A stretch of DNA of 64,000 bases from a virus (lineage: Duplodnaviria > Caudoviricetes): IMG/VR virus record IMGVR_UViG_3300021399_000111, positions 77,936-141,935 of that record; one strand, written 5' to 3'. Below, in pieces: positions 51,301 through 61,911 of this stretch (position 1 is its first letter; each line of letters opens with the position of its first letter). The notes beneath the pieces were generated by a model. That model was not told the DNA's origin, searched no databases, and was given only the letters and a program-made list of their open reading frames with translations. The position numbers and the translations under genes were made by a program.

Positions 51301-53172
51301 TTGACTACTCTTCCAATGCATATTCCTGCTGCATCACCTAAACTTCTATCAAATGTGATTGTCAACATATCTGCCATTTTATATTCTCGCTTTCTTTTCT
51401 CTCTTAAATCGTTTTGAATACTTCTCCAAAATCTCAAACAAGGCAATCTCGTTAATCTGCGTCTGCCCTAATGGATCAATTACATACCAATCTTCACCGA
51501 GAAGATAATTAATCGCAAACTTTCTAAATTCGGCATCCGACATTCCGACCCCAAATATATTGTCTTTATCTACTCGGTTGTCGTACTTTTTCTGCATATA
51601 GTCTAGAATTTTCATTTCTCTTCAATTTCCGCTTTATATGGCTTTGGTAATGGCATCCATGCTGTAATAATAGTGTTATACATATGCTTATCTATGACAT
51701 CTTCTACACAAGCTTCTGAAACAAATGGCTCTTTCGTATCATCAAATGATTCATAACCTGTTATTAATACTTCTCTCTGCCATACTATTGAACCATAATC
51801 GTCTAAATTTGGTAATTTCTCATTAACAGGAATCCACCTCGGCATCTTTGACAAAAATACTACCAAATCTCTCATTTCATTCCCATCAAGTTCTCGTTCG
51901 TCCTTTATTGCACTGCTTATATGATTTATCCAATCTTTTAAATTAAAATTTCTATAGTTCATTTTTTCCCTCGTTTTCCTGTGACTCAATTTCTGTCGCG
52001 TACTTGTCTATGACGTCAAGTACTTTGTTTAAACTAAAATGACAACCTGCACCACCCAATTCAGGCTCGCCCGCATAGTTTTTAGGATATCTTTCAATAA
52101 ATTCGGCTCTCATCTTGTCAAGAGATACGCCGTTTCCTATTGCTTTGATAAGTATATTCTTTTCCTCTTCTGTAAAGGGCCTCTCAAAACCTTCACATAT
52201 TAATTTGTCTGGGACATTAATCACTATTTGCATCTTTACTCTCACTTTCCGCCGTATATTTGTCAATAACTTTAAGACAATAGTTGATACCTTCAAGAAA
52301 TTCTGTTTTTCCATTAACTTCTTGTTCGTATGCTCCTGTATCCATTATCTCAGCTCTCATCTTTTCAATAGCATCTTGCAGTCTATTTCTATCAGCTCTT
52401 AACTGGGATATAACGATTGCGGATTTTTCTTCAAAGGTCATCCTTTTCACCCCCATTTTATGCTATAATAATTGTTGTCCAATTATTACTGTTGTAAAGT
52501 TCTTCATAACTAATAAAGACATGCTCATAGAAATGACCTGCAAAATTATCCCAATCTCTTCGACATTTGATTCCATGCTTATATATATCTATCACTTTAT
52601 ATGTGTCATATTCGTCAAAAATGTAAGAGCCAACCTTAATCTTAGGGATGAGTCTCTTCTTTTCTTCAAAGGTCATTTACTTATCCTCACTTTCTATAAT
52701 AATTATATCAAAATTTTTATTAAAAATCAAATACGCCATTAAGTCCTTGTACTTAATGGCGCATTTAATCAAGCCTATTAAAATTCCTCTCCTTTTCCAT
52801 CAATTATCAGCTTCCCGCCGCACAACAGAACAGCAATCCAGATCCAGAATACCGTTCCCCAAGAGAAAGCAAGAGTCGTAATAACACAAACTACCCATAC
52901 TGCGGCAGCCACGAATAAAAAAGCACCTCCCGCAATACATAAAATTATCCATAATGCAATCATTTGTGTTCATCCTCCCACAGATAACTTCCCCAATAAA
53001 TTACAACAGAATACTGATTTGGTCCGAGTTCTCTATAGCTAATTGCATAACCTTTTGCAAGTAATTCCTCGATGGTCTTGTTAAAAGTTTCCTTTTTCAT
53101 AACTAAATTAAGAGTAGTGCTTTCCTTGCCTTCACACGCCTCTTTAAGAATAGCATTTGTAATATCAACCAT
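48330..53172 (-). other. Cluster of about 17 small overlapping hypothetical genes (incl. 48517-48789, 48960-49289, 49667-49906, 49922-50611, 50644-51045 Zn-ribbon, 51612-51989 DUF551-like, 52458-52676, 52778-52963, 52960-53172)
   Basis: Tightly packed ORFs with ATGA overlaps; WIPV.E.LP...AWMPLP.PY (DUF551-like) and YCPNCG motifs typical of siphophage accessory regions. Confidence 0.75.
51042..51377 (-). pseudogene. Zn-ribbon gene with in-frame TGA at 51195-51197
   Basis: ...RALE*EPVKIGHW...ECDQCG...YCPNCGAKM; the neighbouring gene has ALEQEP. Confidence 0.7.
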
Positions 53173-53245
53173 AATTATTTCCCCTTTCTTTATCTTACAA
53201 ATATATTATATCAAATTTTTTATAAAAAATCAATAGCGGCAAAAT

Positions 53246-53599
53246 TTGACTACTAATAAAAATTATGATATAATGTATAAAATGGAGGAAATGGTTATGT
53301 TAGTAATTTGTAAAAACACGAGATGCCGTTTTTGTAAGAGCGGATGCTGCTCTAGACAATATGTTCGTCTAAACCAGATAGGCGGTTGTTCATTATGGTT
53401 TACAAAAGATGGAATGTTAAGTCGTTATGAAATTGTTGAGCCTGATATAAATTCTGATCCTAGTTATAAAGGAGATGCGGCGACCGAGGTTGATGGCGCC
53501 ATAGGGCAAGGATCGCCGCATTTAGAAAAAGAAGGGGTTTCCGCAGAAAAAGAACCTGAAACCGAAAAGTCGGGATCGACAGAAAAAGACGAAGGGTAA
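53246..53599 (+). CDS. Cys-motif hypothetical protein (start probably about 53297)
   Basis: C.N..C.FC..G.C motif; TTGACT/TATAAT promoter and GGAGG RBS. Confidence 0.65.
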   Translation: MTTNKNYDIMYKMEEMVMLVICKNTRCRFCKSGCCSRQYVRLNQIGGCSLWFTKDGMLSRYEIVEPDINSDPSYKGDAATEVDGAIGQGSPHLEKEGVSAEKEPETEKSGSTEKDEG

Positions 53600-53607
53600 G
53601 CTTAAGC

Positions 53608-54138
53608 TCACCCTAAAATTCTATTAATGAGATCTTGGATAGTAATTGTATCTTTGTTCTGCACGAGATTTGAAAACCACTCTTCATCGGGTTCATATCC
53701 TGCATCAATGAAACCATTGCTTACAAGGATATTATGGAGTTTATCAGCATGAATTGATTCTGTAGACTTTTCTTTCTTTGCGGCAAGGGATATTCCACTA
53801 GATACCATTTTGTCGATAGTCTTAGTGCTATGTCCAGCCATTGCTGCTGTATATACTGCCTGTTCTACTGCGGTAAGCTCTGGCGGGATGATGTTTTCTT
53901 CCTTTTCCAGTTCAAGATCCTTTTCATCCCAAATAAAATCACTAAATTTATCGGGGGTCAACTTGAGATCATCAAAGGCAATGTAATATCTCTTTTCAAT
54001 ACTATCTTTATCATCGCTATAATTAAAAGCATAGCGGGAAATGATAGTACCTGTCTTTCCCTTAAAGCGATCTAAAGAGGGGGATGTCTTTACAACTGTA
54101 ACTCTGTCATTGATATTAAATTTGAAATTAATGTTCAT
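53608..54138 (-). CDS. Hypothetical protein with KOW/SH3-like N-terminus
   Basis: KFNI.DRV.V...G..G.I. Confidence 0.65.
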   Translation of the reverse strand: MNINFKFNINDRVTVVKTSPSLDRFKGKTGTIISRYAFNYSDDKDSIEKRYYIAFDDLKLTPDKFSDFIWDEKDLELEKEENIIPPELTAVEQAVYTAAMAGHSTKTIDKMVSSGISLAAKKEKSTESIHADKLHNILVSNGFIDAGYEPDEEWFSNLVQNKDTITIQDLINRILG

Positions 54139-54249
54139 AATTTTCTCTCCTTTTCTTATATTATAATTATATCAAAAAATTTGCGGAAATGCAAGTGGGT
54201 GGATGCTAGATATCGGGGGTATATGGATGCCAGGGAGCAAGGGTTGCCG

Positions 54250-54515
54250 CATTGTTAATTTTTTGGATAAGTTTATCATGTGTTAAAAAAAGTTGTTAAT
54301 TTTTTGGATAGGCTTGTATTTGTCATAAAATTTCTAATGATTTGTCTAAAAAATGTGTCGTATTTTTTCTAATGATTTGTCATAATTTTTCTAATAAACT
54401 TGTTAAAATTTTGGATAAGTAGATAAAATTGTTAATTTTTTGGATAATCTTAACAATGTGTTAAAAAAAGTTGTTAATTTTTTGGATAAGTAGATAAAGT
54501 GTTAAAATTTTGGTT
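54250..54515 (+). repeat. Iteron-like direct repeats TGTTAAWWTTTTGGATAR (5-6 copies) plus TTTCTAAT repeats
   Basis: Copies near 54253, 54294, 54401, 54430, 54472, 54500. Confidence 0.85.
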
Positions 54516-54613
54516 TTTGTTATCTATTGGACAAAAATTTGTAAATAGTTTAACAAAAAATTTAAGTATAAATGTAGGAGGTAATATTATTTTATTAAAA
54601 GGAGATTTTTATT

Positions 54614-55288
54614 ATGAGTAATGAAAGACAAATTCCTCAATCAAAAGAATATTTATGTAATCCTTTATACTGGGATATAGTATATGGATATATTCAAGTT
54701 AATTCTGAATGGGATGGTATTGAGGGGCATCCTAGGATATTGCCAAGAAAAAATGCTGTATTTTCAAAAATTGGAAGATATTTAGGGCTAAGTAGGCAGA
54801 CAGTTTCAAAACATTTTCAAGATCTTGGGGAGGGGAGTAAATCAGATGGAACTGGGTTAAATCTCATCCGAAAATTAGAAAATGGAGATTATGAAATTGA
54901 AATTTTGGATAGTAAAATTGCAACATTAATCAATGTAAATACTTTAAGGGTATTAACAAGTGCTTTAAATGAACACACTATTTCAGTATATGTGTATTTA
55001 TACAGTCGTTGGAAAGCTAGTGGTGATAAAGAATTTAATTTTACTTATGAGCAGTTAAAAAAGATTATTGGAATTGGTTCTGACAGCACTAGTAATAATT
55101 ATATTGTTAAGGATATATTGAATGTATTAGTGGCGATGCAATTACTCGTATTAGATATTGATACTACATCATTATCTGATAATGGTGGATATAAAACTAT
55201 TTTTAAAGTTAAAAAAATGAATGATACTATAACAGATCATATAGCAGAGTTAATTGAAGAACGACGTGTTAAAAAATTGGATAAGTAG
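54614..55288 (+). CDS. HTH protein, candidate replication initiator
   Basis: FSKIGRYLGLSRQTVSKHF HTH plus a second wHTH-like half; flanked by iterons. Confidence 0.6.
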   Translation: MSNERQIPQSKEYLCNPLYWDIVYGYIQVNSEWDGIEGHPRILPRKNAVFSKIGRYLGLSRQTVSKHFQDLGEGSKSDGTGLNLIRKLENGDYEIEILDSKIATLINVNTLRVLTSALNEHTISVYVYLYSRWKASGDKEFNFTYEQLKKIIGIGSDSTSNNYIVKDILNVLVAMQLLVLDIDTTSLSDNGGYKTIFKVKKMNDTITDHIAELIEERRVKKLDK

Positions 55289-55350
55289 ATATGTGTTAAA
55301 ATTTTGGATAGACTTTTGTTAAAATTTTGGATAGACTTTCGTTAATTTTA
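55266..55350 (+). repeat. Second iteron cluster (3-4 copies) at the 3' end of the HTH gene
   Basis: TGTTAAAAWWTTGGATAR near 55267, 55294, 55317. Confidence 0.85.
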
Positions 55351-55402
55351 TAGAAACCTATATAATAGATATATAATACTTATTTTAATAGAGAGGCTTT
55401 AC

Positions 55403-55801
55403 TTGTCCGACATTCGTCGGCCAGTAAATCCTCTAATGAGGCTGGCCAGAAAGGATAGAAATATGGTAGAAACAATAAAAAATGCAAGAAGAAGGATCAT
55501 GGAGTATGATATTTTAGTAAATCATTTAGATTATTTTGAAGATAACTATAATGAATGTACTACTTTTAAAGAAAAAATGAGATGTATATATAATCATTTA
55601 TATTATTATGTAATAGTATTTAAAGAAGATTATTCTATGGATATGGATTTATTTAATTTAATTTATGATGTAATAGAAGCAAAATTAGATGAATTATTTA
55701 AAGAAAATGGATTAGATTTAGAATTATTTAAGGAAGAAATAGGGGAGAGTGGTGATTGGTTAGATATAATATTTAAATCAATGGATAAAAGGGGGAGATA
55801 A
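55403..55801 (+). CDS. Hypothetical protein (start probably about 55463)
   Basis: AAGGA RBS before MVET. Confidence 0.6.
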   Translation: MSDIRRPVNPLMRLARKDRNMVETIKNARRRIMEYDILVNHLDYFEDNYNECTTFKEKMRCIYNHLYYYVIVFKEDYSMDMDLFNLIYDVIEAKLDELFKENGLDLELFKEEIGESGDWLDIIFKSMDKRGR

Positions 55802-56667
55802 TTATACTATTAAGTAGCGGAAACGAGGAATATTGCGGGGATGGGGAAAGATTGCTAAAATTGCGGGAGTGGGGTGGCCGCGCTTCATCTAGCCCCTAAC
55901 CTTCCAATCCGCCCTCGTTTCCGCCATCCTTCTTAATATTAAAAAATTTTTTATTTGTCAAGTCATTGCCACTAGGCACCCCCGACCGCCGCACTTGACA
56001 TTTATAAAAAATTATGATATAATATAAATGTAAAATAGGAGGACTGTCTTTAACAGCCTCCTTGTTTTGTTGCTATTGTTTATATATAAAAAATTGCAGC
56101 CCGAGTGATTGCAACCCTATTTTATATCCCGACAGTGTCGCACCCTGATATCGGCTTGCTATTTTATTATTATCTCCTTTCTTATTTTACATCTATATTA
56201 TATCATATTTTTTTATAAAATTCAAGTAAGGCTCCGGCGTTAAAATTGTAGGTGAATTTGCTTGCTCTTGTTCGTTCTAGTTTAATCAAAAGCCATAAAA
56301 TGTAAATTTGACCGACTGGAAAATTTTGAGGCAAATTTTCCTTCTATTGTGGCGGCATATGGATTGCGGGATTAAGGCAGCGCACTTGCTAGGTCACTTT
56401 TGGCATATGAAATTTCGCATATGGGATCGGGTGGGGTAGAACGGCGCCTCCCGTTGGTCCGCGCCGCGACCAGCGTTTCAGGATAACAAAACTAGGGTTA
56501 TTTAACCCATTTCCGCACAAAAAATCGCTAAAATACTTGACAAATTAAAAATTCGGCCCATGCGCAGCATGATCGGGCCGCAAAACAGGTGTTATTATAA
56601 CAAAAGTTATTAAAAAAATAAAAAAATAAGGAAAATCTTGCGATTTTCCTTAAAAAACAGGCGGTTT

Positions 56668-57027
56668 TTATTTCTTTTTAGGCTGGCGGCATTCAATAAC
56701 ATCAATTTTGAAACGCTTTTCGCCAATTTTTACCTCAATTAACTTGTTTTGCGTAACAATTGTGATGTTTTCAGGCTCTACACCGATGCATCTGGTGAGA
56801 TTTGCGACAATAGTGTCAAATAACTCCCGCTTTTCATCAGAGACTTTCACGGGATGCGGCTTGCGCTCTTTCTTGACAGGCTCTGCCGCCCTTGCGTCAC
56901 GGCTGACATCACGGGAACCTAATTCCATTTTTGCCATCTCTTCGGCTTCCGCCTTTGTGACAGGCTCGCCATCTTTTTCAGCATCCGCCATAATCTCTGC
57001 GACAAGTTTGTCAAAATCTTTCATCAC
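56668..57027 (-). CDS. Hypothetical protein (family B, copy 1)
   Basis: DGE.VT..EA.EMAKME shared with 61163-61573. Confidence 0.75.
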   Translation of the reverse strand: MMKDFDKLVAEIMADAEKDGEPVTKAEAEEMAKMELGSRDVSRDARAAEPVKKERKPHPVKVSDEKRELFDTIVANLTRCIGVEPENITIVTQNKLIEVKIGEKRFKIDVIECRQPKKK

Positions 57028-57080
57028 AGCCCCCTTATCTAGGGGCTAGGAATTCTGCCTAGCCCCGACACCTTTGTCAG

Positions 57081-57443
57081 TTACTCTGCGGTCACCGCAA
57101 AGTAGCGAGTGACACGCTTGTCAGTAGTGCTATCGACACGTCCTGCCTTCTTCATCTGAGTAAGCAGGCTAGTCACCTTCTGAGAAGTCAGCCCGACAAG
57201 AGCGTCAGTGCTCTTAATCAGTTCGGTGACGGTGACAGGCTCACCCATGGCGACAAGACCGTCATAGATGGCATCCTTCAGCCCCTCGTTCTCCACCTGA
57301 GCCTTAGTGGGCTTGCGGTTTGCACTCTTCTTATCAAGAGCGGCGATACGCTCATCCACAAACTTCACCAGGGCATCCTCGCCATTAGCAACCAGCACAT
57401 TCTTGATAGCCTTAAAGTAATCCTTCTGAGTCATCTTTTCCAT
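57081..57443 (-). CDS. Winged-HTH DNA-binding protein (family A, copy 2)
   Basis: KMTQ.DYF, ERI.ALDKKSANRKPTK.Q.ENE. Confidence 0.75.
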   Translation of the reverse strand: MEKMTQKDYFKAIKNVLVANGEDALVKFVDERIAALDKKSANRKPTKAQVENEGLKDAIYDGLVAMGEPVTVTELIKSTDALVGLTSQKVTSLLTQMKKAGRVDSTTDKRVTRYFAVTAE

Positions 57444-57746
57444 AATGCAACACCTCTTCTTTCTGTTGTTGGGTTTTCTTTGTTACAAGAACATTGTACC
57501 ATATTCAGTTTTGATTGTCAAGTGCTTTTTTGAAATTGACTGTCTAGGTTTTCCTTGTGCGCACGAGAGAGGTTTTCCTAGCCCTTTAAAGTCGCTTTCC
57601 TTATTTCTTATGTATTTATTATAGCACTTTTTTTATTGATTGTCAACAACTTTTTTTATTTTTTTGTAAGGCGGGCGGTTGACTTTCTCCCCTCACCTTG
57701 TATAATAATTATAACAAAAATTTTTTAAAAAATCAATATCGGAAAA

Positions 57747-57873
57747 TTGCACAAATTTCGGGATCTAGAAACTAAAAAATTTGTGCAAAATTTCACTTGA
57801 CAAAAAGTGCGGGAAGTGGTATACTGGAAAATTCGGCGCTCGCACGACTGAAAGGAGTCGCGCTCGCGCCGCC
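57747..57873 (+). promoter_or_regulatory. Operator/promoter/hairpin cassette (other copies 58979-59104, 60373-60487, 62136-62248, 63072-63185; degenerate 61064-61144, 56512-56580)
   Basis: TTGCACAA..TTGTGCA inverted repeat, TTGACA-N17-TA(T/C)A(A/C)T, GRAAWWYTYG, GC-rich hairpin. Confidence 0.85.
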
Positions 57874-57916
57874 AAAATTGCGGGTGTTATTTTTTATGTA
57901 AAAAAATAGGGGATGA

Positions 57917-58189
57917 TTAAAACACCCCCTCACGCTTGCAGATGCTAGCAAAGCAATCAGTAATGCAATTCCAGTCATCTTCATCCGCCGCATATTCCAA
58001 AAGGTCATCAAAAGAAGATCCATCGGGAACGCCTTCCTGTAACCACCAGTCCAAAATATCTTCATCCCCGATATTTCTGATATATTTATCCATCCACATC
58101 AGAACTTCTGCTCTTGTAACAATTACATCACTCATTTTGTTCACCTCACTTTCTAGGGCTATTATATCATTTTTTAAGGGACTTGTCAA
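57917..58189 (-). CDS. Hypothetical protein (start probably MSDV at about 58135)
   Basis: GAAAGTGAGG leader; W...GVPDG motif. Confidence 0.7.
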   Translation of the reverse strand: MTSPLKNDIIALESEVNKMSDVIVTRAEVLMWMDKYIRNIGDEDILDWWLQEGVPDGSSFDDLLEYAADEDDWNCITDCFASICKREGVF

Positions 58190-58254
58190 GAGGTGGGCGG
58201 GAAACTATTTTTTAAAATTTAGTTTCCGCGCCCTTTATACCTCGGTTCCCGCAA

Positions 58255-58491
58255 TTAAATTCTTCTTAAAAATTCTTCTGCGGTTTCAGTCTTTTTTCTA
58301 TCTTCGATAGAAATTTCCTCATAAATAGGCACATCAGCAAATTTTACCAAATCATAAATTAACATTGCCAACTGTCCTTCATCATCAACATTGTAGCAAT
58401 CCGTAATACATTCCCCATTTACATAAAATCCAAAGTCACCATTTTTTGCTTTTACAAAATAAATATTATTTTTCATTTTTATTTCCCTCAC
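58255..58491 (-). CDS. Hypothetical protein
   Basis: GAAAGTGAGG leader. Confidence 0.65.
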   Translation of the reverse strand: MREIKMKNNIYFVKAKNGDFGFYVNGECITDCYNVDDEGQLAMLIYDLVKFADVPIYEEISIEDRKKTETAEEFLRRI

Positions 58492-58508
58492 TTTCTATAT
58501 TTATTATA

Positions 58509-58916
58509 TCATTTTTTATTGTATTTGTCAAGTGCTTTCTGCAATTTTTCAATCATTTTGATATGAGAATTGCAATAATCAATCGCCCACTCAGTAGCGA
58601 TATACTCTTCCTCTAAGAAAAAGTAGTCCCGCATACTTAAAGACTCTTTTAAGTCGGTGTCTTCCATATCATCAACCTCATCTAGTGTTTCATTATGTCC
58701 GATTTCGTGGAAGAATGAAATAGTAAAGACATTCACCCGACTATCAAGCCCACACTCACGGCATAAAGCAAGGAATTCATCATCATGCGGAAGCGGTTTA
58801 TCAGTAACTTCGATAAGGCTATCTGCATACCAATAGCAAAAGCCATCACTTTCAACGACCTTGCAATCAAAAGCTTTTGCAATCTTATTCAATTTGCGGA
58901 GTGCCTGTCTAGTCAT
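58509..58916 (-). CDS. HExxH metallopeptidase-like protein (family C, copy 1)
   Basis: FFHEIGH ... EE..A..WA. Confidence 0.7.
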   Translation of the reverse strand: MTRQALRKLNKIAKAFDCKVVESDGFCYWYADSLIEVTDKPLPHDDEFLALCRECGLDSRVNVFTISFFHEIGHNETLDEVDDMEDTDLKESLSMRDYFFLEEEYIATEWAIDYCNSHIKMIEKLQKALDKYNKK

Positions 58917-59124
58917 TGTGTTTCCCTCACTTTCTGAAATAAGTATAACAAAAATTTTTTACAAAAGCAACATACAGGTTGCACAAAATTGCGGGAAAAA
59001 TTTTGTGCAAAATTTTTTGTAAAAATCGCTTGACAAAAATGCGGCGATGTGTTATAATGAAAAATTCGGGTCTTTTGCGAAGTGCAACGCCCGCAAAAGA
59101 CCCGCCCATTAAAGGGCGGGCTCA

Positions 59125-59346
59125 TTATTTTAATTTTGACTTATCAATTGAATTAAATGCCTGATATTTTTCTTTTAAAATCCAAGTATTACGAACAATG
59201 CGCCATACTCTCCAAAAAGGTCTTTGCCATAAATACTTAAATTTAAAAGCATACTTATAAACCATACAAAAATTTTTAAAATTTTTCTTTTCATTCCAAC
59301 TGATAATCGAATTATAGCTATTTTCAGAAATATTATAAAATGGCAT
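59125..59346 (-). CDS. Hypothetical protein
   Basis: GGAGG RBS. Confidence 0.5.
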   Translation of the reverse strand: MPFYNISENSYNSIISWNEKKNFKNFCMVYKYAFKFKYLWQRPFWRVWRIVRNTWILKEKYQAFNSIDKSKLK

Positions 59347-59370
59347 TTTTTCTCCTCCCCTTGTGGGCGG

Positions 59371-60069
59371 TTAATCCGCCCACAATCTAGCGTCAAAGTG
59401 CTTGTGCTTACGATAGCAATATGCGAGAATTTCCTTTTCAATGAGGCAATCATCAAGCCCCTTATGCTCCTCTTCGAAGGTGTTGTCCTTCGTGATAAAG
59501 CGGTAAATGATTTCCGCGGTGAGCCTGGGCTGTGGGGTCTTGTGCTTGGTCATATAGCCATTACTCTCACAAAACTTGCGATAAGTGGGCATCGTTGCGA
59601 TTAACTGTCTAGACATCTTCAGTGTGTCGCAGATTTCCACATCCTTGGGGAAAAAGTAACGGTATTTAGACTTAGTGAGCCACCGTTCAGTATTGTTCAG
59701 AGAGCCATAATCAAACCGCATATTGTGGGCATATACCTGCTCCACCTCATAATCCGCGATATCCTGTAACAGTGCCTTGCGGATATTGTAGAAGCTCGTG
59801 AGAATGCGGGTTCCCGCCTTAATATCTTCCCAATATTCGGGAATCTTCTTTGCATAATATGCGCTTTTCATCAGTTCCGCTTCATCGAGGAAAACGTCTG
59901 CATTTACGAAACTTCTTTCCGCATAAACGTTTCCGTGCTTGTCAGTAACCACCCATCCCAAATCATATACAAGCATATTGCAAGGGGTTACCTCGTCAAT
60001 AGTGTAATCGCAGGGCGCGGTTTCACAATCCAAAACAATCTTATAGTTTCTGCGTCTGTCAATGCCCAT
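59371..60069 (-). CDS. DEDDh 3'-5' exonuclease (DnaQ-like)
   Basis: VLDCET, AHNMRFD, DT, H.GLDD motifs. Confidence 0.9.
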   Translation of the reverse strand: MGIDRRRNYKIVLDCETAPCDYTIDEVTPCNMLVYDLGWVVTDKHGNVYAERSFVNADVFLDEAELMKSAYYAKKIPEYWEDIKAGTRILTSFYNIRKALLQDIADYEVEQVYAHNMRFDYGSLNNTERWLTKSKYRYFFPKDVEICDTLKMSRQLIATMPTYRKFCESNGYMTKHKTPQPRLTAEIIYRFITKDNTFEEEHKGLDDCLIEKEILAYCYRKHKHFDARLWAD

Positions 60070-60508
60070 CTAAATCTGTCCTCACTTTCTTTTGTTGCGT
60101 CAACCTCATTGACAAGTACAGTATAGCATAGCGGTGGGGATTTGTCAACACTTTTATTCATAAATTTCAAAAATTCTTTTAATGACAATGATAGCCACTT
60201 TAATGCCATAAGCATATCCATTCTTAAATTCACTTTTATCTGTATCGGTTGCAATATCGTAATAATGCTCCCATAACTCTTTAACACATTCTCTCGCTTT
60301 TCTCTTCATTTTATTTCCCTCACTTCCTAAAGAAAGTATACACCCATCACATAAAAAAGTCAATAAGTAATATTGCACAAAATTCGGGATCTTTTCAACA
60401 AAAAATTTGTGCAAATTGCCTATTGACAAAATATCGAGAGTATGTTACAATGGAAAATTCGCGCCGTGTCGAAGTGCACACGGCGCGCCAAATAAAAGGG
60501 ACAGTGGT

Positions 60509-60799
60509 TTACCACCACTGTCCCATAAAAGCAAGGCTATCTTCCATTGCTACCTGATAGTCGTCTACTTCTTCATCTTCCCCAAACAAAGACCGCTGAC
60601 AAGGCGGACAAATGCCAGAATCCAGCACTTCTTTCTGCTCGGGATGAAGATAGGGGAAAGTATTTTCAACAGGTGACTGCCTGCCCCACTTGCGGTAGTC
60701 CTGGAAATACACAGGAACCTTAGTCACGCTCCCACAGACAGGGCAAGTGCAGGAAACTTCAATAAGGTAATCAGTATTTTCACGGATAATTTCTTTCAT
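60509..60799 (-). CDS. Zinc-ribbon hypothetical protein
   Basis: CPVCG...SGICPPC. Confidence 0.7.
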   Translation of the reverse strand: MKEIIRENTDYLIEVSCTCPVCGSVTKVPVYFQDYRKWGRQSPVENTFPYLHPEQKEVLDSGICPPCQRSLFGEDEEVDDYQVAMEDSLAFMGQWW

Positions 60800-61015
60800 T
60801 TATTCTACTCTCACCTCTACATTAAAGATAGCCTTAACAATCATTACGAGTACCCAAACCACAAAAGACAACTTCCAAGACCATACAAGAGCAAGTCCAA
60901 GCCAATTCAAAAGCAGAACGGCAAGATAGACAAGACCACTTGTGACAAGGAACGAAAAACCAAAACCGAAAATAACTAATAAAATTGCTGTAATAATCAT
61001 TTTTGTTTCCCTCAC
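60800..61015 (-). CDS. Small membrane protein
   Basis: Hydrophobic. Confidence 0.65.
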   Translation of the reverse strand: MRETKMIITAILLVIFGFGFSFLVTSGLVYLAVLLLNWLGLALVWSWKLSFVVWVLVMIVKAIFNVEVRVE

Positions 61016-61162
61016 TTTCTAAAGAAAGTATACTCTTATTTTAGGATAAATACAATAGATAGATTGCACAAAAAATCAGCATGAAATTTATGTAAATTGA
61101 CTATTGACAAAGGAATTCGTCGCGCTGCGATCCATAGCGCGACGGCAAGAAAAACCGCCCAA

Positions 61163-61573
61163 TTACTTGGGCGGTCTGTGCTTGGTCAACTTGAGCGTGT
61201 AGCGATTTCCATTATAGTCGAAGTGCAGACAGGTCTCGGTTTCCATCTGGACTTCCGCACCATCATCCCCCTCAAATTCAAGAAGTCCTTCAAGATATTC
61301 CTTGATGTTGGTCAAGATAAATCCCTTGTCTGCGTCAACCTTGCGCTCTTTCGGCTTGCGGGGTTTCTTTTCGGGCTCACCCTGGGTGTAGTTCTTTACC
61401 TCTTTGGCGCCCATCTCCATCTTTGCCATTTCAAGGGCTTCCTCTTTAGTGACTTCCTCACCATCTTCAAGGGCTTCCTTGTAGATTTCCTCGGCTAACT
61501 GTTCAAGTGTCTTTGCCATTTGTATCACCTCACTTTCTGAAAAGATTATAACATTTTTTGGCGGGGTTGTCAA
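61163..61573 (-). CDS. Hypothetical protein (family B, copy 2; start probably MAKT at about 61519)
   Basis: Paralogue of 56668-57027. Confidence 0.75.
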   Translation of the reverse strand: MTTPPKNVIIFSESEVIQMAKTLEQLAEEIYKEALEDGEEVTKEEALEMAKMEMGAKEVKNYTQGEPEKKPRKPKERKVDADKGFILTNIKEYLEGLLEFEGDDGAEVQMETETCLHFDYNGNRYTLKLTKHRPPK

Positions 61574-61635
61574 GGGGATGCGGGGAAACTATTTTTTAAT
61601 TTTTAGTTTCCCCGCGCGTGATACCTTGGGAATCG

Positions 61636-61800
61636 CTAAACCTGCTGGAATTCATCAGTGTTAATAACTTCGAATTCCACAGATTTAGTCAGAAGATCAT
61701 TATCCAGAAGAAATTCAAGAAGATTACACTGGTCGAGGGTTAAAGACAGATGCCCAAGATACGAAGTAGTTTCAGGGTTCCTAATAATCACATTTATCAT
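61636..61800 (-). CDS. 54-aa protein missed by the ORF track (family D, copy 1)
   Basis: MINVIIRNPETTSYLGHLSLTLDQCNLLEFLLDNDLLTKSVEFEVINTDEFQQV; promoter and GAAAGTGAGG leader. Confidence 0.75.
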   Translation of the reverse strand: MINVIIRNPETTSYLGHLSLTLDQCNLLEFLLDNDLLTKSVEFEVINTDEFQQV

Positions 61801-61911
61801 TTTTTATTTCCCTCACTTTCTAAAAAGATTATAGCATTTTTTTATGATATTGTCAAGGGGTTTGTGCGGAAACTATTTTTTAATTTTAGTTTCCGCACAC
61901 ATTGGAAGTTG

